A stretch of 64,000 nt of DNA from Octopus sinensis (taxonomy: Eukaryota): the NCBI RefSeq assembly GCF_006345805.1, contig NC_043013.1, forward strand, positions 28,148,001-28,212,000, given 5' to 3'. Position 1 is the stretch's first letter, and each line of letters opens with the position of its first letter. The position numbers and the translations under genes were made by a program. Below are positions 35,593 to 48,965 of this stretch, in pieces. The notes below the pieces were generated by a model. It worked only from the letters and a program-made list of their open reading frames with translations. It was not told where the DNA came from and searched no databases.

Positions 35593-37259
35593 TTGCAAGT
35601 ATATAGGAATACTAAGGGAGGGTGTATGTGCATGCATGTGTGTATATGTATATTGTGTGTGTGTGTGTGTGTGTTTACATATGCAAATGATTATTATCTT
35701 CACCGTCATTGATTTATTGTTTGTTTGCTTTCCCCATGATTGTATACAAAGCAGAGGAAATCATGGGTATTGAAATATTGGGTGTTGAACGATTTAATAG
35801 GGTAATCTTGGAAGATTATTCCGTACGAAATAAATATCTAATGTTTTTAAATTGCAGTACATTGTATTTATAAACAGTGAAAAGAATGTGAAATAGATTA
35901 AGAATTTATGTTTAACCAGTCCTAATTTAATTAAATATTAATAAAAAAAATATTAAATAAATAATTTGCGATATTCAATTGTAGCATTACTATAATAGTG
36001 CAAGTAATACTCTCTGTGTTGGTTAGGTGATACAGCTTTGCCGTTTAACTTTGTGATGTAGCTTGCTGTCCCCCAATGTATTACTGCTATGTGAATATTC
36101 AGTTCTTTGGGAGAATGGTATAGATCATAAGGCCTCTGTAATGTACCTCAGCTTAGCTCAACTGTTGATATATTGCCGACATTTAACTACACGGAATAAT
36201 TTAAGTACAAAAGAAAATTTTTTGAAATCCTTAATTTTTTTTTTGCATGTCTTTTAACAGTGCATTCCTGGAACATTCTTGATATCATACCCTTATGATG
36301 GAGAATATGTGAAAAGAAACAAAAAAACTTCAACCCATCTGGCTCAATATTTTACTTAACATTAATGTTATCGTTCTAAAAATCTGATCTACACACCCTC
36401 CTTTTAAGATATCAATGGTCGTCTTACCAGCTTACAGCAATTTTTCGTGCAACATTTATCCTCAACTAATTCTTATCACTTGTCTCTATCGTTACAATTG
36501 TCAGAGCTGGTAAGAATATGGTGATTAAAACCTCTAATACCAAGTTGCAGTTTTCTTTATTTTTGTTTTTGTTTCTTCTTTTGATATTTTTGTTTTACAA
36601 CTCACTTTAGCAACTCAGTCTGCCTTTCAAATTTACATTGTGTGTGTAACATGTTACATATAGTATTTTTAGTTCATACCACTCCAGTTGCTACTGGTCC
36701 TTTATCTTCACTTATCATGTTTCACTGCCACACAACAACACATTTGTCACACATGCATTCATTGTACACCAACCTATCTTTTCAATGAAAAGAGAAAGCA
36801 AAGAGGCAATTTTCTAGAACTATACCAGCCTCTTTTTCACCTTAAATGCAATGTTATATCACTTGCTCTCCATTCTTTGTGGTAATCAAAACAGCTAGAA
36901 AAAAAAACATTCATCTATCCATTTATCAGTTTGGGCAAAAATACCCTAGTTGTCAATAATCCATGTGCATGTGTTTGCATGTTTAAATGCATGCATATAT
37001 ATACATATATATATTAGAGTAATATAGTTTTCATAAAAGTGTCTCATGTGTGTATGTACACACAAACACACACATAATAAGTTAATATACAATTGTCACA
37101 TACACAAATATTGAATGAATAAATAGATTGGTGGTTCATAATTGAAACTATTCAAATTAATATTACAAAACTGAAGAGGAGAGAAAAATAAGATGCAATG
37201 ATTATGGTTTCTTAAAAGGGAGAAGAAGAAAAAAACAGTGAAATCTATGAATGTATAAA

Positions 37260-37640
37260 CTATCATCATTATTTTAACATCCGCTTTTCGAGGCTTGTAA
37301 AGGTTGGATGGAGTATACTAAAGTAGATTTTCTATATCTGGATGCCCTTCCTGTCACCAACCCTTACCTGTTTTCAAGTAAGGTAATATTTTCCAATGCC
37401 CGGACACGCATGCACAGAATACTGGAAATGAAAGACACTGCTTCTATGACAGTGACATTTATTTACAGCTATGATGCAATGTCAAAACAAGGAGACATAC
37501 ACACACACACAACAGGCTTCTTTCAGTTTCTGATTACTAAACCCACTCACAAGGCTTTGGTCAGCCCTGGGCCATAGTAGAAGACACTTGCCCAAGGAGC
37601 CCCACAGTGGGATTGAACCTGAGAGCACATGGTCCCAGTC
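37260..37640 (-). mobile_element. SINE with family-A head and alternative tail
   Basis: ctggatgcccttcctgtcaccaacccttacctgttttcaagtaaggtaat (tail) and cttctttcagtttc...cccactcacaaggctttgg...gggattgaacc (head). Confidence 0.75.
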
Positions 37641-38094
37641 CATCCAATGGGTTCTCACAAAGTTTTTGAATACCAAATTACTTTAGCTAGACTTTGGTCA
37701 CTTCTTAACTACAATAGGAGTCATTTGGTCAAGATTCCACACAACAGGATCAAACCTGAAGACTTGTAATTCAGAAGTGAATCCCTTAATTCTTTTACTG
37801 TGGAAATCAGATACATCCACTCAAAATTTCATTACCCTTAATTGTGGAAAGTAGTTTTGTATATCAATCTATCTTTTGTTGAAGAATGTCATGTTTGAAA
37901 CTAGTTTCTGTTGTCAAGTATATTGAGGCAACATGGCTTAGAGAAAGCACCAGTTTTCTATTTTTTGGTAGATATTTACCATCATTACTGGTATAACCAT
38001 AAAATTTAATTCCACAGTGAAAGGATTAAGCACCTAGGCATTGAGATTACATATATGTGGATGTCTACAGCACTATAGACATTCAAAGAGACAT

Positions 38095-38405
38095 CATCAT
38101 CATCATTCAATGTCTGCCTTTCATGCTGACATAGGCTGGACAGTTTAACAGGGGCTGGCCAGGCAGGAGCCTGCACCAGACTTCTATATCTGTTTTGGCA
38201 GGGTTTTTATAGCTAGATGCTCTTCCTAACACCAACCACCCCACAGAGAGAACTGAATGCTTTTTACATGGCACAAGCACAGGCGAGGTCAGATTACCAT
38301 AGTTATTACAGCTGGACGCCCATCCAAATGCCAACCACTTTACAGTGTGGATTGAATGCTTTTTAAGTGGCACCAGCACCAGCAGGGTCACCAAATAACT
38401 TGCAA
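38095..38405 (-). mobile_element. SINE family B fragments
   Basis: catcatcattcaatgtctgcctttcatgctg...ctagatgctcttcctaacaccaacc. Confidence 0.7.
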
Positions 38406-39413
38406 GAGAAGGGTCCTTTAAGATGAGAGGGAGAATTGGAAGAGGAGATCTTGAGTCAGATGATGAAAGGTTATAGTGAGCAAGAGAGACAGAAACAGGT
38501 GTCTTGCCGTAGGAGAAGTACATAGTTACCCAGCCAGAGAGAAAGGGGGACAGAGAGAGAGAGGGAATAAGAAAATGAGAAAATCCTTATTGAGAATTTG
38601 TATTTGTCATGATGTTCATATTGTAACCAGAATGAAATTGGAACACAAAATCCAGTAAGAAACAATGGAAAATGTCATCAGTTATTCACGGCTAAATAGA
38701 TATAATATTATATTAACTTCTGTATGCATGTTTATATGGACACACAAATACATACAATAAACATACAAACATATATATATATACACACACAAAAATACAT
38801 ACATATAAACATAAATATGGATACATATACATGCATGTGTGTGTGTGTATGTGCATGTGTGTTCATATACACATCTAAACTCTTATATATACGTTATATA
38901 TATATACATATACACACACACACCAACATACTTATGAAAGCACAAACAACTCCTACCATACTGATATACATATTTATACACATACGCACACACAAATACA
39001 TGCATATAAGTATATACAAGCATAAACATACATAACTATTACATATGCATATATGCACATACAAATATACATTCATGCACACACACACATTATATATATA
39101 TACATAACTACAGCAGTGGTCGCTTTTGCTCTCTAACTCTCATGGATTATCTCCACTTAGATACTGTTTCTCTTAGCTTGTTTGCAGCACTTTTACATTG
39201 TATTCAATTACAAGCCTTGCCTTTGTTTTCTTATCATAGAAATGATGTTATTGAAACACAACAACAGTTTCTGAATCACCACTTATGAAATAGAGAGAGG
39301 TGGAGAGGAGAATCTATATCAGACTTTTTTTTTTCCTGATTTGATAAAATTCTGCTTTTTGGTTTGGCATAATAGACTCTTACATTGAGATTAATCTCAG
39401 ATGGAATCATACA

Positions 39414-39452
<39 letters not shown>

Positions 39453-39545
39453 TATATATATTATATTATATATATACAAACACACACATATATACACACA
39501 TATATATATACACACATCATACACATATATTCATATATAATATAC

Positions 39546-39598
<53 letters not shown>

Positions 39599-39749
39599 TA
39601 TACATACATATATACAAATATGTGCACACACGTGTGTGTATGTGTATGTGAGTGCACATACATATATCTATATACATCTGTATACACATATGTATACATG
39701 TGTATATTCTGATACACACACACCTATATACAGACAGAACAAGAGAGAG

Positions 39750-39794
<45 letters not shown>

Positions 39795-40334
39795 GTGTCT
39801 GTACACAATGACTTAAAAGAGAAAACAAATTTGAAAAAGAAAAAAAAAACTCAACAAAATTTTAATATGAGACAATCACTTCCAATTATAGATTTCTTAC
39901 GTTGGTTGCACAAGGTTACAAATTAGAGTGAAACAGAATCTAAGGAAACTAGCGATGTTGTGCTGTTTGAAATATTTGTACAAATTACATGGATGGTTGT
40001 AGTGGCCATTGAATCAACTCGAGTATTTATTCTACTAGCAGTATTTATTTAATCAACCTTGTTCAGATGAAAGGCCTGAGTAGGATTTGAACTTGGAACA
40101 TAAAAAGAGAAAAACTCTATTACACTATGAGTAATGTGTACCCATGGAAAAAGCACAAGTGATAAATGTTTGGTTTTACGGTTAATTGCTTGGCAGCAAA
40201 CTATTTATTTAAAAGGGATTAATTGAATAAAATATACATTCTTCATTATCCTTTCATAAATATTAAAATACTTCAAACAACAAAACATAAAATATATATA
40301 CACACACACCCATATATATATACACATATATACA

Positions 40335-40402
<68 letters not shown>

Positions 40403-41209
40403 TACATACACACATAGACCATACATATGTGGTGGGGGGTGGACAGTTAACTAAATGACTTGTCAGTATTTTAATGAAATACAGAGATAGTAAAAGTATC
40501 ATAGCTGCTAATTGCCTTTGATTGCACATGTCAAGAGGGACAGAACAAGATAGGGAGAAAGAAAAAGAGACAAGCTGGCAATTATATTAGTAGATTAGTA
40601 TATAATTTAGTCCAGAATTCTACCGTTTCTGTCAACTTCGCTGCCCTTTTATTCCAGCTTATTAAAAAAAAATACTTCAACAATTGGGTGAGAGTTTTTA
40701 TACTGAATATCATAGTTGAACAGACATCATAACAGAAAGGGTAACAAGAAATGAAGATACAGCAAATTGACCTATCCATAATTAGTATGTCTTATATAAT
40801 GATGTTGTAACATATAGGATTTAGAACATAAGGTCACCATATTGTAGTCAGCAGAGGTAGCTGTGGTAAGGGGTGTTTAGTCCCAGTTCAGCCTCAATTG
40901 GGTAGATCTATAAATCAATGGCTTTCCAGCCATGACCATCCCATCTTTTTCCTAAGCACTGTAAATCCAAACCATTTTATCCAAACCTTTCATAAGCTGT
41001 GAAGGATGTAATTAGAGGGAGATTTGACTGCCATTTTTAGTGACAACTTTGAGACTCCCTTGCTAGCTCTGCAGACAGCAGGAGAGTAGTTTGCTGGGTC
41101 TAGCTTGGCCACACCACGTTGAAGATAAGAAAGATTTCTAAATGGGCCAGCATGCTTTTTATTTCTTTTGTTACATAGGGTTTACTTCAGTTCTACACAA
41201 GAGATTGCA

Positions 41210-42000
41210 TATATAAGCAAGAGAAATGTTGTTTGCCAATGATTGTACATTTATTTCTCAAAGTACAGAGAACAGGCAAAACTTGGTAAATACTTTTGGC
41301 AATGAAACCACAAACTCTGGCTTGAGTATTAGTAACCAGAAGACTACAGTTCTGAACCTTGATACAAACCAAGTAGTACAATCAGGGCCCATAACTATTG
41401 AAGGATAGAAAGAAGCTGATAGAGAAAATTCACTTTATCTGTCTATCTAAGCAGAACAAGCAATAATGATGGCAGGCTCAGCAATGATCTAGATTACAAG
41501 ATAAGCAAGGCAGCTAGCTCATCATTTAGATTATCGAGAAAGGGAATTTAGAACAAGCTAATTGCAATACAAGAGAAGTACAAAGTATACTGAGCAATAG
41601 TACAAACCACCCCATTTTACAGATCAGTGACATGGCTGTTATACAGCAGACAGATAAACAGCAGACAGATAAACAAAAAGATTAATGCATTCGTGACAAA
41701 ACACCTGAGAAAGTTCATGAACTGGAAAGACAGTGTCTGGAACACTATTGTCCTAAACAAAGGCAAGTCCTTTAGAGTGAGAGAAATATTAGTACAGTAA
41801 GAGCTCTAATGGCTTTGGGCTTGTTTAAAGAAAGAAAAAACTTGGTTATCAAGATGAATTTACAGCTGTGCAGCTGTATGAGAAGTCATGGGAGCCCTCA
41901 CCCTTCAACTGAGATAAAAAGATGTCATTAAAAGGAATTTGAGGAAACTGGTCAGTTGATACCTGCAACTGGATCACAGAAACCTTAATGGCAGAAAGTG
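41210..42000 (+). pseudogene. Decayed RTE/BovB-type LINE reverse transcriptase fragment
   Basis: REMLFANDCTFISQSTENRQNLVNTFGNETTNSGLSISNQKTTVL resembles RTE motif C onward (LFADD...FGL.IS.KKT); stops and frameshifts follow. Confidence 0.6.
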
Positions 42001-42049
42001 TCTCACATTTGATACTATGACTTGACATTTTTACACATGGACAGACAGC

Positions 42050-42392
42050 CCATGTGCCATGTAAAAAAGCACCTGAGCTGGTGTCACATAAAAAAAAGCA
42101 CCTGAGCTGGTGTCACATAAAAAAAGCACCTGAGCTGGTGTCACATAAAAAAGCACCTGAGCTGGTGCCATATAAAAAAAAGCACCCAAGCTGGTGCCAC
42201 GTAAAAAGTGCCTGATACATTCTGTAAAGTGGTTGGTATTAGGAAAGGCATCTAGCCATAGAAACCCATTTCAAAACAGATAATTGGAGACTGGTGCAGC
42301 TCTCTGGCTTGCCAGCTCCTGTCAAACTATCCAATCCATGCCAGCATGGAAAACAGACATTAAATGATAATGATGATGATGATGATGATGAG
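42050..42392 (+). mobile_element. SINE family B with an internal ~29-bp tandem array (5 copies)
   Basis: (A)n-gcacctgagctggtgtcacat repeated, then tctgtaaagtggttggtattaggaaaggcatc...(GAT)n. Confidence 0.8.
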
Positions 42393-43759
42393 TTACAGAA
42401 ACTGAACTTAATGGTCAAAAGACCAAGAGTTCAAATTGTGTTACTGGTACTGCATTTTATCACAGATGAATACATTTAACTTACAACAGTTAAGTACACC
42501 TAGGCATTAAATATGTACTCTAGTGATGCCCAGCACAACCTTGTCAGCAAAATAAGAAAATAAAAACACAATACATTCAATGAATCCTTTGTTATTAAAG
42601 TAGTGCAGGGTGAGCTTTAACTACTTCTCATTGGTCAGAAGTTAATAGAAAATAAACATAAATTATCTTCTCTTGAATTCGCATGCAAAATCAGGTTTTA
42701 GTGCCAACCCAATAAAGCGATCAGCAAAAAGAAAACCACTTTAATTGTGTTCTGTCAACGAGGTGTATTCTCTGTTCAATTTAATGCTCAAACATTGTGC
42801 ATTTAGATTGAACAAAAAAAAAAGAAAGAAAAAAAGAAAGAAACACATAGAGAAATAAAATGGAAATAAAGTCTACTTCTTACTGTTAAAGAAAACCACA
42901 AATAAAAACCTGTCATTCATCATAACTCATTTGAATTGACTTTCAGACACAACTTGAATAAATATTCTGAAAAATTACATTCATGAAAACAAATTGTACA
43001 ACATTTGTTAGTCATAACAAATCACACCTGTGCATGGAAGAGCTCTAACATTTATTGTTGTTGTCGTTGTTGTTGTCATTGTTAATGTTTTCCTGTTGAC
43101 CACTTTATGGAGCAAGTTAGCAGCCAGCCTTGCTGAATTGACAAAAGGCAGGAGGACAATGACTAAGAGATAATGCTCTCCACATTTTATAATTTACAAA
43201 GTTGTGTTGTGGCTAGACTTGCAGCTCATAGTTCACACTCTTTCAAGGTTGACTAATCCCTTTCATTGTTAGTGGTGGTGGAGGTGGAGGTGAGGATGAG
43301 TTTAGAGAAATAAGCATTAGTATGCAGATATTTAATGTACACATGAAATTACCACGTGGATAACGCATTGGGCTGCCAGTTAACGATTGTGAACACCTAT
43401 CACAAAGAGAATGTTCGGCTGTGTTTCTAAGCAGGAAACTATTGCATTATATTTTAAATATATATATATATATATATATATAGGCATCCCTTGTGTTACG
43501 GAAGCATTATGCTCCTGAAAATATTGCTGTAGTGTGGAGTTCCATACTGTTAAACATAAATTTTTCATTGATTCCATCTTCATTGACTTCTATGGAACTG
43601 GGGAATCCAATGGGAAAATAGACCTCTGCATTATGGTAAGATTTTCAGGAGCATTACTGTTCTGTAATTTGGGTTAAAGGCTCTACATTGGCACACAGAT
43701 ATAAATAAGCATAGAAAAGAGCAACTGCTTAAATTAACCCCCTAAATACATGAATGGCA

Positions 43760-44025
43760 TTGTTTAAGGATGTTGAATGAAACATCCATGTTTCCAAGGG
43801 TGAATTATCCAAACCCCAAAGAATTCCTCTCAACATATAGCTATGATGCTCCCACACTACTTCTGCTCGTGATCAGAGATGCACATATCATCAGCCACTA
43901 AGGGACATGCTCAACTGGTTATGGTCAAACAACTGACAAGCAAATCTGTGGTATTGGGCCGAATATTTGCTGTAGCCCATCTTTTATACCAAGACAAAAC
44001 AATATACATGATGACACTTCCAAAG
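43760..44025. repeat. Second copy of family E repeat (3' part)
   Basis: Matches ~18460-18708. Confidence 0.8.
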
Positions 44026-44274
44026 AAATAAAAATGCCTGCTAGTTCTCCTATAATGTTTTCCCTTCGTTTATTGCTTTACATAGACCTGTGATTCTTAA
44101 CCATTTGTTTGCCTATGGAGCCCTTCAATTACTATTTTATTCTATTGGACCTCCATAGCCATTCGCTGTATATATATAAAAACAAATTTACTGTATTTTT
44201 AAAATTAAATATTATTAGGAATTATACAAAAAGGAAATTTGAAATATTTTGCGCATTGTAGAATTATAACCAAT

Positions 44275-45000
44275 TTATTCTTTTCTACTCTAAGCACAAG
44301 GCCTGAAATTTTGGGGGAGGGGGTCAGTCAATTAGATCGACTGCAGTAGGCAACTGGTACTTAATTTATCCAGCCTGAAAGGATGAAAGGCAAAGTTGGC
44401 CTTGGCGGAATTTGAACTCAGAACGTAAAACAGACAAAGTACTGTTAAGCATTTCGCCTGGCATGCTATCATTTCTGCCAGCTCACCACCTTTCCCTTGT
44501 ACAAATATTCTTTTCTGCTCTAGGCACAAGGCCCAAAATTTTGTGGGAGGGGGCCAGTCAATTTGATTGACGCAACTGGTATTTAATTTATCGACCCCGA
44601 AAAGATGAAAGGCATAGTTGACCTCAGCAGAATTTGCACTTAAAATGTAAACACAGATGAAATACTGCTGAGCATTTCGCCCAGCACACAAACGTTTCTA
44701 CCAGCTCACCACCTTTATAACCAATTTATTGAGCATGATCAAGACCTTTGGTAATTTGCTGGGCTTAAGAAGACACATCAAGCCAAATGAAATCATAGTT
44801 ATGGCCACTGCCCGTAACACATAAAAGGTACCCACAACACTCTTGGAGTGGTTGGCATTAGCAAGAGCATCCAGTCGTAGAATTCAAGCCAAATCAGACT
44901 GGAGTCTGGTACAACTCTCTGATTCATCAGTCCCAGTCAAACCATCTAATCCATGCCAGCATGGAACACAGATGGTAAATAATGTTGATAATGGTGATGG
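44275..45000. mobile_element. Two family C SINEs (-) followed by a family B SINE (+)
   Basis: Family motifs as above. Confidence 0.75.
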
Positions 45001-45083
45001 TGAAATTTTAACAACAAAATCTTACATGAGTCCCAGTTGAGACCATCTGTAGACCTAAACCAAAACATCTCATCCGATTTTAA

Positions 45084-45696
45084 CCCTTTACCATCCAAAC
45101 CAGCCAAATCCAGCCAAAATATTCAACCTGTTTTACACTGAAACTGGCTAGGTCTGGCTTCTCACCTCAATTCCACAATGTCATTCCAACACTAAACAAT
45201 CACATCAGTGAAATCTCTAAACTACAAAATAATGCATGATTATTTTTTTAAAAATATAAATATACATGGAGTGGCTGTGTGGTAAGTAGCCTGCTTAGCA
45301 ACCACATGGTTCTGGGTCCAGTCCCACCGTGTGGCACCTTGGGCAAATGTTTTCTACAACAGCCTTGGGCCAACTAAAACCTTGTGAGTGGATTTGATAG
45401 ATGGAAACTGAAAGAAACCCATCATATATATATATATGTGTGTGTGTCTGTGTTTGTCCCCTCCACCATTGCTTGACAATCGATGTTGGTGAGTTTATGT
45501 CCCCCATAACATAGCAGTTCAGCAAAAGAACCTAATAAAATAAGTACTAGGCTTACAAAGAATAAATCCTGGGATTGATGTATTCAACTAAAGGCAGTGT
45601 TCTAGCATGGCTGCAGTCAAATGACTGAAACAAATAAAAGAATAAAAAAGAATAAACAAACATTATATTTAACAGATTAATCTAAACACTAAAGGC
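45084..45696. mobile_element. piggyBac-like MITE (TTAA-flanked) carrying a nested family A SINE
   Basis: TTAA|CCCTTT at 45080-45089 and AAAGGC|TTAA at 45691-45700; SINE A occupies 45268-45650. Confidence 0.55.
45268..45650 (+). mobile_element. SINE family A, full length
   Basis: ggagtggctgtgtggtaagtagcctgc...gcagtcaaatgactgaaacaaataaaaga. Confidence 0.85.
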
Positions 45697-47339
45697 TTAA
45701 TGTATTTTATATAATCCTTAGAGACTAGAAACCACACTAAAAATTTTTATCCTGGCAGTCTTCCTCAAAAATGCATTAACTGAAATATCCACAATTTCTA
45801 TGCATTCTTCTCGGACTATCTATTAACCCAAGAAACACCATTCTTATTGAACCTAAGAAACTATTTAATTCTTCTGATTTTAATTATGAAAAATCAAAAA
45901 AATTCATATTGATAACTTTTCCATCATGTTGAATGTCTTTAGAAGCAAAGTCCTGGACGGAGCAAGTTAGAGGAATAACAGTTGTCATGCAGCAGCTCTC
46001 TGCTTTCTGTTACACAAAAGTAGCTGAAGAGAGGTTTGCCTTGTGGATGGATGGCTACAACAGATACAAAAACAATGCTGTGTGCAGTAAAAGACTGGCT
46101 TCAGGAGTCATTTCTCCAGATACCATTTCTTCTTCTTCAGGTTAATAGATGTTTAAGTCTATGTATGTGTACATGTATGTATGCATGAATATATCTGTGT
46201 AGGTAATGTGTCTGTGTATATGTGTATTAAGAAGTACACATATACACATACACATGAGCTAACAATGCAGCCTCTATGTAGTAATTCAACCAACTAGAAA
46301 TAGCAGCCAAACCTCCCTTACTGTCACATATCTTGGAAAAAAACACACAAAAAAAAATTTGGTTGTCTGAATGCAATACAAGGAGGGTCATGTTTGGAAA
46401 GGCATTTGATTCATAAATCTGCTCATTTAAGGCTGACCCAGAGCAGCAACCACAACAACACAGAATCATATATAACACAAAGATGCGTCAACAAAACCAT
46501 GTACTCTGGTATGTTGTGAGAAATAAGGAATAAAGTTTCAGAGAGCTGTTCTTCACACAACACACCAACATCTGCGTCTTTTATTTATAATTCCAAACTA
46601 ATTCAAACTAATGCAGAATCATCGCTGCCAACCAATTCTAATGACTTGCTACTGGTTATTTATATATCACACTTTGCAATATTACAACAGAAAACTGGAA
46701 ACAGTATAAAAATATAAAGGCATTACAGTCTGTACAGATTTTATTCCTGTTACTAATCTTTATTAGTTGGTTCAATGGCTTTAACGTTCGAGTTTACATT
46801 TTGGGATATGAGACAACTGCACAGTGCTGAAATACAACAAGATAAAGCTGGACATTAAATTTTTTCTAAAATCCTGTTCAGAGAAGAATTTATTTTTAGC
46901 CGAAATAAACAGCTTTATGGCTTAGCTGAACTTTTCTGTGCTGCTCACTATATACGACTAGCTGGATTTTATATTCTTTTTTAAATTGCATTTTCTTTCA
47001 TAACGTTGACAGCATTCCTCTTTAGAGTTAGTCTCTAAATGTGCTATAATTTCTTTATAACCTACAGAAGTGAAATAGTTTTTCTTCGTCTTCTTTTAAG
47101 AATGGTGGAGTGTGGAGGGGGGAAGGAGGAGTAGGAGGAGAAGAGGGGGAGGGGGAGGGGAGTAGGAGGAAGAAGAAAGAAAAGAGAGTTTGCATAGGAA
47201 AGTGAATAGAGAGAATGAGGAGATAAAACTGCAAGGGCTGGAAGAGTAGAGGGGTGTAAGGGTGAATAGAAGAGTAGCAAATAATAAGTGAAAAGGGGTG
47301 CAATGGAAGTAATGATAGTCTGTATATTATTTATATGAG

Positions 47340-47963
47340 TGAAAGAGGGCAACAGAAAAGAAACACACAAACACACATACATAGAGAATATTTACTGTGT
47401 GTATGTGTTTACATATACACATACAGACATGTGAATGTATATATATTCGTGGGGTGGTGTATATATACATATATACATACACACACGTGCATGAATATAT
47501 ATGCGTGGGATGGTGTATATATACATATATACACACACACACATATATATCATTATATATATATATACACACACACACATACGTATACATATATACATAT
47601 ACACATACATATATATACATATATATACATATATATACACACACATATATACATATATATATACACATATATATACACATATCTACACACACACATATAT
47701 ATATACATATATATACATAAATATACATATATATATATACATATATATAAATATACGTATATATACATATATATAAATATACATATGTATATATATATAT
47801 ATATAAATATACATATATATACATATACATAAATATACGTATATATACATATATATATACATATATATATATATATACCATATATACATATATATATATA
47901 CCCACAAGCACATATACACACACACATAACTATATATACCCACAGCACATATACACACACACA

Positions 47964-48028
<65 letters not shown>

Positions 48029-48030
48029 TA
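47340..48030. repeat. Long degenerate (AT/AC)n microsatellite
   Basis: Source of the [11 protein letters not shown] artefacts; contains short internal duplications. Confidence 0.95.
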
Positions 48031-48779
48031 CAAGTACACACATACAAACACATTAGACAGACAGACAGAACATATACAAATGCAACAAAAATAAATATAA
48101 ATCCACAAAGAAAGCAGCTAGGATGGGCTGGGGGAGTGCAGGGGATGGGTGACCAAGTGAGAGAGGAGGAAGTGTTGATGGGTATTTACTCAATGTGACA
48201 ATGTGTTCTTTCTTTACGGGGTGAAGCCTTTATAACATTTGTTTATTTATTTCAATTAAGAGAAAAGTGAAAGAATCATTGTAGGTAACAAGTTATTAGA
48301 AGAAAAGAAAGAAGGAAGAGAAAAAGGTAAATATGGGTTGTAACTTGGGGGCGAGGGGTAACAAGTAAGACATTTTAGTGACACTATGGCCATGACTGTA
48401 TGATTAGGGAGTTTGTGAAGTAGATGTGATTCAAAGTTCAAAACTACTATGTGAAACCTTGGGTCAATGGCTTCTACCATGGCTTTAGGGTGATTCAAGT
48501 TTTGTGTATGAAATTGTGTAGAGAGAAACTCTGCAGAAGCATGCTGGGTGGGCTTGTAGATATTCTTGAGTGGAATATGTAATTCATTGCCCTATATAGC
48601 TCTATCTTTGGGACTTTGACCCTTTGATGCATTTCGCAGAAGAGTTTACTCTGTTGCAAACATTTAAACCAGATGTCCTTGTCAGAAGATTATTTGTGAG
48701 GTGAATCATAGGTTCTGCTTCTCTTGGAGACCCTGCAAAATGGTTATGGTTGCTTCTATTCCTACACTGATTCCAGACA

Positions 48780-48965
48780 TCTCACACACATACATGATGG
48801 ACTTCTTTCAGTTTCTGTTTATCAAATCTACTCATAAGTCTTTGATCAACCCAGTACAATAGCAGAAAAGGACACTTGCCCAAAGTACCATGCAGTGGGA
48901 CTGAACCTGAGAGCACATGGTTTGGAAGCAAGATTCTTAACCACACAGCCATGCCTGCACCTATA
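48780..48965 (-). mobile_element. SINE family A head
   Basis: cttctttcagtttctg...gacacttgcccaaagtaccatgcagtgggactgaacc...ttaaccacacagccatgcc. Confidence 0.75.

Noticed and set aside
42050-42215. CRISPR-like array of palindromic repeats
   Set aside because: No unique spacers, no cas genes, eukaryotic context; it is a SINE-internal minisatellite.
47327-48108. ORFs up to 198 aa of YIYI/HTHT type (similar ones at 23.4-23.9, 26.7-27.2, 35.1-35.7 and 38.7-40.5 kb)
   Set aside because: Dinucleotide repeats lack stop codons; no coding signal.
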